Positions 54,322 to 64,000 of a DNA stretch of 64,000 nt are shown here, in pieces. This stretch comes from Podarcis pityusensis (taxonomy: Eukaryota). Position 1 is the first letter of the stretch, and every line of letters begins with the position of its first letter. Position numbers and translations under genes: made by a program. The DNA is taken from NCBI GenBank assembly GCA_964106645.2, contig OZ067043.1; one strand, given 5' to 3'. The notes under the pieces were generated by a model that saw only the letters and a program-made list of their open reading frames with translations, made no database searches and was not told the DNA's origin.

Positions 54322-55056
54322 GTAATAAGCAGCAGCTGTACTGCAGCCAAGAGTGTATCCAGGGCTTTTTTTCAGCCAGAACTGTCTTGAACTGCATTCC
54401 AGCACCTCTCAGCTGGGGCCTGGAAGTGTGGGGATCTGACTAGCCTCAGCAAAGCCCCCCATGAAGAGACCCTCCCTGGAGCCTGAAGGGAACATTGTCT
54501 ACGGACTCCAGAGAGGATTTCCTCACGAGCCGGAGGCAAAGTGGGGCTTTGCTGAGACTCTTCAGCCGCCCAGCTAACAGTTGACATGTGGGAAAGCCAC
54601 GCCTCAGCTGAGGAAAAGCAGCCCACAGCTGCTCCGGTTCACATGAGCCAGAGAGGGGCTCATTAAGCTTTTCAGCTGAGAAAAGAAGCCGCCTTGCGCC
54701 TCAGCGGAGCAGCCTCAACAAGCCTCTGGATGGAGAAGACCTGGGAGCAGCCGTTCCCTCAGACTGGCAGGGGCATCTTGTTTTCATGAGATGTAAGCCA
54801 TTTTGGGAGCTTTTATGGCCAAAGAAAGGGGTACAAATGCTCTAAAGAAAGAAATAAGGAGTCTTGGTGACGTTTGGCCTTTGGGCCTGAGCTTCCTGAG
54901 TTAGAGGATATAGGTTTGATGTCAGGGCAAGAAGACTATAAACACAAAAAGCTCTGTTGTGTTATTATTAATATTATGTGGATGGCCCCACTTTCCATGT
55001 AAGATAAAGCTGTGTATTTTCATTTTATTGTGTGTGTGTAGGTGTGATGGGAGGGG

Positions 55057-55078
55057 GAGAGAGAGAGAGAGAGAGAGA
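55057..55078. repeat. (GA)n microsatellite
   Basis: Directly visible. Confidence 0.9.
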
Positions 55079-57299
55079 ACACAAAATGGTGCCTCCATAG
55101 AGTCGTAATATTTTGTTTCATGCTCCATAGCTACTAAACATTAAATATCCATTACCTATCCATGTGCCAGAAATTCCTCGGGACAACGTATCTGATTGAC
55201 TCTATTTGTTGCACTGAACTGGCAATTTGCACCGAGCTAATATATAAAATCCAGCTTGCTCCCGACTATCCCTGCGCACCAGATGTTTTCCATTAATAAG
55301 GCCCCCAGCTACCTCCTGCAGCAGAATGTTGCTTGTCTGCCTGTCACCGAGCTCCTTCATGGCTTTCCAGAGAGTACGGCACGCACCTGGAGCCATGCAG
55401 ATGCGTGGGTAAGACAAGTAAAAGGGAAAGGCTGGGAGTGTAGAATAAATGCTGCATGCCATGCACATTTTTTTGACAGAGGCAATTGAGGGAATTTGGA
55501 ATTATCAAGTTTTTTGAAAAGAACTACAGGCAGGGCCAAAGAATCGCCACACTGCGTTATAGCACTGAATTTGAGACCTTGCTCTTGAGTGGCACTGTTT
55601 TGATTACTCCGGGCAGCAGGGGTTACAGTCCCTGGTAATGCACCTGGCTCCTGATCATCCATGACCGGTATAACAATGGTCAAATCCTTCCCATGGTTCC
55701 TGGTTCCTGGTTCCTGGACACATGATGCTGGATTGTTCGTGGGACAGCAGTTCAGGGTGTTTGTTCCAAATGGGTGATACTGTTGAATGATTTCATTGTG
55801 CCAGCTCCACCCATCACACCACCTACCAAATAACCCAAAGTCCAACCAGTGTGACTGATGCTCTTCCAAGTGCCTGTCAACCTCCCCGTGTTTGCAGTCA
55901 TACACAGCGGGGGGTGAGGATGTGATTTCTAAAAGAAAGTTTTCAGCAATTTCTTTGAAGTTTCATAGCTCAAATATAGCAGTACTTCTGCTGTTTTCAG
56001 CTCCCCACTTGCTGTATGGCCAGCTCAAAAAAGCATTTTTCTACAAAGAACTATGCACTTGCAATGGAAATATTAGTTTATTTCATGCTGAAAAATTAGA
56101 AGCCATACATGGTGCACACCTAACTTTCCTCGCAGAAGGGGTCAGAAAAAAAGACTGATCTCTTTGTGCTATTGAACTCGGGCAATGTTGTTGAATTGCT
56201 GACTTCCTTTACCAAAGCTGTAATCGCCAGCAGCCAGACAGTTATTAATTCACATCACACACTGGGACTTGGGATCTCATCTAATCAGGACTCTGCAATA
56301 TACTGTCATATTTATGGCCACTGAACAAAAAAATGATTCAAGGTAAAATTATTTATGACATTTAAGCAGGTACGGAAATGTCATAAAGTAAGGCTGGCAA
56401 AATAATATTCATGTCCAACTGTCCAGTCATAAAAATGTATATATATTGGACCAGACTTATTTTGTTTGTGTCTGTTTGTATGTGTTCCACCTGTCTTAGC
56501 AACATGCCTTTCCAATCTCTCCTTAAAATGTTGTTTAAGCATGTTAATGGATCTCATACGTTTTCTCTCCCAGTTTGCCTCTATAAAGTGCTGATCTGTA
56601 CTCTTCCATGGTGGGAACAGGAAAGAGGAATAAGCATTTAATATACTTTAAATTAGATTCTCTTTCCATCTTCTACTTAATGATAATTATACATTCCTAT
56701 TATTTTACTTCTTTCCTACTCTAACTTTGGCTTCAAACATATTTAATTGCAAGTGCTTGACTTCCAAAAGTGCTGAGCACCTATCATCAACTAATGGTAT
56801 AAATTGCTATCATTGCTGGCAATCTTATAGGGTAGTCTCCAAGGTTTCACATATGGAAATATTATAGACTCCCTTAGGGTATCCTTGGGTTAATTATATA
56901 CTCTAAGTTAAATGAAAAAATGAATGGCCCTACAGTGTGTTATCATTGCTGTTGCAGTATATGAAATGGCAGGCTGTCTACCCAGAAGTAAGGCTCATTC
57001 AGTTCCATGGGCCTTACTCCCAGATAATTAGATATAGGATCCCAGCCTTAATGTTCATGCATGTGAAATTAAACTTGAGCAGAATCAGGATTAATTCCTT
57101 CCCCACCCTTCAATCAGAAATTTAATTCTGAGAGCCCTGGGGAACTGAGTGCAGAACGACATTTTAAATAATTCATGTGGACATATTTTTTTACAAGGTA
57201 TCACTAAATAGCAAAAATGAGGATGGTAGGTAGGTGTCAGGAATGGTTACCAGAAGGTAAGGACAGCAGTCAAGGGAAACTGGAGCATAACTCATAGAA

Positions 57300-57423
57300 T
57301 GGGAATGGGAAATCTGTGGCCCTTCAGATGTTCCTAGACTGCTATCATCCTTGACCGTTGGCTTATGCTGGCTCCATCTGATGCGAGTGCAGCCAAATCT
57401 GGAGAGTCATGGGTCTCCCGCCA
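57300..57423. mobile_element. Degraded hAT-like MITE
   Basis: Imperfect inverted ends ATGGGAAATCTGTGGCCCTTCAGAT / ATCTGGAGAGTCATGGGTCTCCC. Confidence 0.55.
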
Positions 57424-60400
57424 TTGCAGAAACATAGGCCTTCTATGGCTAATGGCACCAGCAGATCTGTCTGAATTCAAGATGCAAGAGCCCTGCACTC
57501 TGATGAGCAAGAATAGCATTACAGCAGTACAGGTGACCTTGCAGTTCTGAACAACAGACAAGCATAAGTATAGCTGATGAAAGAGATGGTGTGTCTTTAC
57601 TTCAAGCACCTATTCTAAAACAAGAATTCAGGAAGGCACGTAAGATCAGGCAAATTGTACTTTCAAACACCAGGTGAATTTCTTGCAGTCATGCATTGAT
57701 GAACTGACTCCTGGGCTGAATGCTAGCCCCCACCCTTTCTGGCTCAAAATAGTTCAAGCCAGATGGTAGATGCTTCCAAAATCACTCTAGCAGGGCCAGT
57801 AGGTACTGTTTCGCTGCTTGAGGAGAAACGGGAAGTGGTCTCTGCCCTGCCACTGCTACCTGCCCTGCCTTTGCCACCAGCAGGGACAATTTCCGATGCA
57901 AGCTCTTTGATTTCCAGCAAGATGTCACACACCTGTGATTTCTGTGAGATCTCACAAAAAATTGCCAGAAATCAAGGTTGATGCTGGTGCTGCATCTCCA
58001 GGGGCAGTGGAGGCAATGAGGTGGGCAGAGGCTCAGGGGTTTCTGCAGCCTGAGGCAGCAGCTTAATCCCACCTAAGGGCTGGGCCGGCACAGTCCTCTA
58101 GCCTAAACTAGTAACAGAAGTGATAAGTCAGGCTGTGAGAAAGATGGAATGTGAAAAGGAGTGGTGTCAGAAATAACTATAGGGAGTAGACAGCCTTGTG
58201 AAAGGCTCTGGAAGCCTTGGGATGTTGGTAGGTCCAACTGAGCTCTGGTCTCCCAGAATGAGCTGAAGAAGGATTTCTGCAAGACATATACCCTTCACGC
58301 TAGTGAACTACTGTCAGTAAGAAACAACTCAATTTGACACCCATTGTTATATTGTAGCTGAGAGCAATTACTATTCATTTCCCCACCCTCAATTCAAAAT
58401 TCTTTCTAGATTGACATTTGTGATAGTTCCTCCCTGAAATGATCTACTTAGTGCTATGGGACACACAGATAGGCACAGAAACTCAAGGTCTTCCCTGTCT
58501 GCCAAATCATAAGACTAGTTAAATTTGACATTTAGGGTTTTCTTTCTCCAGATTTATGATCCCTGAATGGCTTCTCTTTAGCCTTCTCATGTTACATTTG
58601 TCATTGTTTGAAAACATTTCTGGTTGAAATCCCCTTTTATGTCCTGCAGTGTCCTCTAGTTCAGGGTCATAACTAAGTCCAAGAGATGTGAGCAAGCACA
58701 AATGAAAGCAATATATCTACCAGAGTATTAATGATTGCCTAACTGGCATGCACAAATACTAGTTTTGTTACAAATCTTACGGTCCAATTAATGTGCAAGT
58801 TTCACCAGAGCAGAAAGAGGGCACTAGAGTCCTCTGTGAACATCTGTGCAGTTTCTAATGTCTTTGCAACTGCCAGGAGAACACATAAAAGCAAACATTA
58901 TTTTACTCTCTTTTTTGTACTGTATTGCTTCTGCCTTAAGGATACTTAGCACAAGACCAATTCCTTCCTTTTCAGAAATGGCATAAATTAGCTCAGCATA
59001 TTTTAGCAGACGAACGTGTGTCCATTTTAATGCAACAAGTTGCCCCCATGTAGAAGGCATTTCCTTATGTGACATAGAAGCAAACTGGGAGCAGATTAAA
59101 AGATCTGTTGATCCATTTTGAGGGAGAATTGAATTCTTTTCTTGGAATGCTTTTTGGGAGACTGAAGCATTCCTTATGTTTATCCAAGGCAGTTTATGGT
59201 GTAAGCTCAGCTGGTGATCCCTGTGATCTCTTGTTAACCTGTAGAATTTGCAACTCCATCCACATGTAGTATGAGCTAAAAGTAAAATGAGATTTGAAGC
59301 CATCAGTTCTTGCCACCATAAGACATTCTGGGGATGGGACATGGATGCGAGTAACAACCTGATATCCCATGTCTTCACAGCTATGTAAAAGCAAGTAATC
59401 CTTCAAGGAGAACTGTGTGAGTAAATATAGACAGTTCATTTAACTTGCTGATTTTTTAAAACTATCCCTCTTTTATTAGGAGGGAACTTAAAATGCAGGG
59501 TTAAATGCCATATTGAGTGCACTTGAAACTATGGCTTAAACATACAGAAAACAAAGCTCAATTAACTACTGTGTTTTCTTTTACGTAATATTTAATTCTT
59601 TTTCCATATAGAAAATTACATTTGTTGCTTGACAAATACCGGTAACTTTTTATATAGACTAGAAATGGTTTCTATTCTTCTAAATTTGTATATTTTATCA
59701 GTGCTGTAAAATTTGCCATGTTCTCATACTGCTGACTGTGGTGAGTTGGGGAACAATACCTCAGCTTGGTGTTTGGGAATGGACAAGGCAAACAGCAGAG
59801 GTGGATTTAGGGCTGTGTGACTGGTTCTGCTGCATTGGGTGCCGAGCCTAGGGGATGCCACAGAACACTGCAACTACCTGTAGTAAATTGAGCAGAATGG
59901 AAGACGAGAGGCAGGGGGTGCCAAATTTTGGCCTCGCAAAGGGTGCCACAGAAATTTCAAAGACCAAAGTCTGCCTCTGCAGACAGGATAGCCTTCGTAG
60001 AAAATATTCAGCTAGTTTGAAATACACTTTGTGGTACTAGAAGGAGAAGGGTAAGATACTTTCAGCATCATATTTGCAATTTGCAGGTTTACAGGCAAAT
60101 TGCTGGGTGATTGATGGTTGAAAGGCAGTTGTCCTAGTGGCCCCAGGCAAGGGCTAGGCAAGGATGCAAAACCAAATAACAGACCAGGAGACAGAAATAG
60201 GTTGAAACTGGCCACAGCTTCATTAACTGCACTGGAGACAGATTGTTATGCTAGTGGTGTTTCATTCTGACTCAGTGGGAGAATTTTTGAATCCGTAGAT
60301 CTCAACAGTGTTTCCTGTTCCATGCAAGATCCATAACTGCTTTCAAACCGCTTTTGTGATATCTAAAAACACTCTTGCTGCCCTTAAAGCTGAGAATACA

Positions 60401-63400
60401 TGTCTTCTATAATATATGGCAGGGGTTTGCTATGGAAAACTGCATACAGATAATTGCTTTCGCATTTTAGCTGATTCTGAGGCTAACAAAGTATAACAGC
60501 TTAGAAGCATGTTGGACTCCTTCACTTTCTCAGGAAGCAACAGACAGCTCAAGGTTACCTGCAAGGTCTGAATACCGTATATAGTTCTGCCTGAAACTGG
60601 TTCAGCTCACTGCTGTCGAATTGAGTTTCCAAGCTTCCAGTCTAAAATGAAGTTAACAATGAAATATTGAATATGTTCCCTGAGGTCACCATGGCGAACT
60701 AGAGATGAACTTCTGTACCAGACTGCAGGAGACTGAAGAATTATGCTGACAGAATTGTATTTGAGGATTCAAAGTGCAAAAATGAGGCCTGTGTCCCAAA
60801 TCCCAAAGAGAAATTGGGCTATAGTGGCAGAAGGAGTCTCAACAAGGAAACGTTAAGCCTTTACATAAATGGTAGGATTTTGTAGTCTCCTCTCAGCACT
60901 ATAAAACATGTGCAAGGTTGGGGCTGCCAGAGATTCCAAGACAGCTGCTTTTCCCCTAGACACATTTGTGGTTTCTTTTATTATTAGGTACTTAATCTAA
61001 GCAGCTTGCCCCACTCTGAATAATGGTCCAGATGTTAGCATCTTCCTTCCAAATAGCAACTAAAACTTTTCATCTCCAGAGATGGTCCAAATAGTATTTT
61101 GTTCTGGAACTAGGCACTCCTTTTTATGCTTTGCCCTTTTTTTTTTTTTAATTGAAATGAGCGTCTCCTTGGCAGTTTTTGAAATATGATTGTGTGCAAG
61201 AGCACTTCTAAAGCTTGGCTCCTAATTTGTGTGGTTCCTGTATTCTTGTTCTGACTTAGATGGATCTTGCTAATATATCCCCCATGAATGAGTTGGTTTG
61301 GCACTGTAAAGGGGGAGTCCCTCAATGGATTATTATCATGAACTTGATAATATTTCTGGGCTCTTATCACTCTGCATAAGGTCATTTTATTTTATGTAAA
61401 TGCATGCCTAAATTTACATGTGATTAATTAGCAAGGGGGTGGGGACCCCCCTTTTTGTATATCTGGCATTGTATATGTTATAATTTGTTATCCTTGGATT
61501 ATACTTGCAGGTCTAGGCCCTCCATACAGCCACTTGCTGCGGTTGTTCCCCCACTTTGGGACTGAAAATATTTGCAAAGGAGCATCTCTGAAGTGTCCGG
61601 CACCTCTGCAAACCACTTGGATTGACTACAAAGTTTGCAAGTAAAAAATGTTTTTTATTTTACTCTCTGTAAATAGTCACGGGGACTGTTGCCTTGTTAA
61701 TCTTTTAAACAAATTACTTATGCATTTAGCTCTTTAGGAGCATTTGCTGTATTCTACGTACATAATTACATATGTACATACGTACATACAGTTTCAGTTA
61801 AAGAAAATTGGCTTACCAGTATTTGCCCATTTTAATCCCGCCTAAGGCCCATAGGACCCAAACAGGCAGAGGTTGTGTTTTCTCTCAGGAGCACTTAGCT
61901 GGCTGTCACACCCAGGCACAAAAAGATGCTCCACAGGAGGAAAACCTGAATTGACTTGAGCTCCAGTTCCACTGACATATTAAGGCTGCAATCCTAAATA
62001 CACTTATTAGGCAGTAAGCCGTAATGAAGTAAATATGCTGAGGATTGCACTGTGAGTGGGTATAAAGCAAGAACAAACAAAGGGCAGAGCTCTTAAAACA
62101 AAATATCCAAGGGCATAACCTGCCAAGGCTTTTGAAGAGGAAAATGGGTATGGGTGAGTGTAAAGCAGGAACTTTCCCAGGGTCCAAGTCAGGCCCAACA
62201 AAATTTTTAAAACACAGTTAAAATACTGCTAAAACACAAACGTCTTATAGACGAGCACAAGCAGAGTCAACATTGAAAAACAAAATATTACAGCAGTAAA
62301 TGAGTTATCTAAGAGAAGCTTAAAAAGTTGATTTATAAAGAAAGGTCCCAAAATCCTGGAGGGCAGAATTTAACCAAGCCTCTTTAGGGAAGACATTCCA
62401 GAGTACAGACAGCATTTCAGAGGCTTTTGTTTTGTGTTTCTGCCAATCTAATATTCTGGCTGGAGGAATCATTCCCATTTGAACATTCCATTCCCTCCAT
62501 GCTTATGCCATATACATCACAGGTGCCCTGTTCCATTGAAGTGAATGAAATGGAATGGAATGTATGTGCATGAGAGACAGAGAATGTGCTAGAGGGAGGG
62601 GTAGAGGGAGAAAATATGGCAATAGTACATTGTATGAGGATTGGGGCCCCTGCATCCACCCCCCTACTGGCAAGAACTGCTGCTTATGTACATATATTAA
62701 CTTAGTCCAGCTTATATCACAGGGCTGTTGCAAAGATATAAAGTGGGAGGGGAGGATAATGTACGCAGTCTCAAATTCCTGGAAGAAAAAGTAATATACC
62801 AATATTCAACCACAAATATAGATGATGTAAAGAAAAAATAAGCATGCAGAAAGCCAGAAAACCAACCCACCTTGCTTTAACTGTGACAGTTCATAGTCCT
62901 GATTTCTTCTGTTCTGGGAGGTACCCCCCCCCCCCCATCCTGAATCCCAGCATTTCTTCCTCTGGTTTCTTAGCAACAGTGATTGATTAAGCGACCTTAG
63001 CAACAGCAGATTCTTAGAAGCTTGCCTCCATGTTTTGCTTTCTAGATGCCTCCATGTTTAGATTTCTTGCTGACTTCCTTTTTACAAAATGAGAACCAAG
63101 AGTCTGGGTCCACCGCTGGCTTGGGCATGCTCTATGAACTCCTTATGCTCACTTGTTGGCATCCCTGTGATTGAAAAAGACTAGAGTCATTTTCAAGTTT
63201 GTTAAAGAGGCTGCAGCTATGCATGTAATTTATAAAATTGGTATAATAGCTGGTAAACCAATTCTAATGTAATTTGTGGCTGTCACCTCATTCAGATTCT
63301 GTTCCTCTTGGCTTCAAATGTTGGCAGATTTTATGAGCCGTGGACATAAAATACCCCTAATGCGTTAGTTCTAGAATTAATTTAGCCAGCATGTGTACTG

Positions 63401-64000
63401 CAGGAAACTTCTTACTGGCTTTGCCAGAACAAAAGTTTAGATGTGTCTTCTAATGATCTTTTACTGTGTTGGGGCTGACTTAGAAAGCCTTGGGATAAAT
63501 TATGACACCGGAATACCATAGGAGGGCTGTAAAAGAAACGAACATTTGCTTATAAATTATTGTTTTTGGAGAGTGCACATGAAAAATACATACTTGGTGA
63601 AAGGCTGTTTTACTGCCTCCCAGAAATTGTGTGAATTATGGACAAATATAATATACAACAGCAGTAGCCAGCATGAAATCCTACCATGCTTGCCTCTTAA
63701 CCACCATGCTCATTCGTTTGTGAACAAATACAGCCAACAATACAGATGTGATAAGGATTGCTGAAACTCCAAATTGCTTGTAGCTAACAAGAGTTGCTTA
63801 CTGGGGGAGGGGGTCATCCCAGCAGGGTGACCATTATGTGATGTCTGGGTGTGTGCATTGATTGGAAAATAAGATTCTTGTTTGGGATGTAAACTGGGGA
63901 GAGAAAAGACCATGGTTGGAATTGACTAAAGTGTTGGATTGAACCAAAATCACCACTATCTGCATAATAAACGCAGGGAGTCCAGTTGCTTAAAAAGCAC

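Noticed and set aside
55357-59378. ORFs of 182 aa (55357-55905) and 184 aa (58824-59378) on the minus strand
   Set aside because: No recognisable domain, no convincing exon structure and no resemblance to ASB17 or ST6GALNAC3.
63365-63379. TTAGTTCTAGAATTA resembling the SNORD45 D guide
   Set aside because: No adjacent CTGA box D, no box C and no terminal stem; chance match.

Overview
Vertebrate (squamate reptile, probably a lacertid lizard judging by Sauria-SINE and TcMar MITE content) genomic DNA carrying the conserved ACADM-RABGGTB-MSH4 block, all on the + strand. It holds the last coding exon of ACADM (713-784), a complete 9-exon RABGGTB (3108-13496, 331 aa) hosting three intronic SNORD45-family C/D snoRNAs, and a complete 20-exon MSH4 (16714-47280, about 922 aa). 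The remaining ~16.7 kb is repeat-rich intergenic DNA with no gene I can recognise. Exon boundaries were read by hand from splice sites and translation against remembered human proteins. I see no wholly new gene system. The most interesting observations are: the two ancestral 18S rRNA guide functions are split among the three SNORD45 paralogues; an inverted SINE pair flanks an in-frame 372-nt exon block of MSH4 (circRNA/skipping candidate); RABGGTB has a GC-AG intron and an overlapping uORF; the MSH4 promoter has a MYB/E2F/CHR motif module; there is a foldback MITE; and an intergenic HOX/CDX-TALE motif palindrome.
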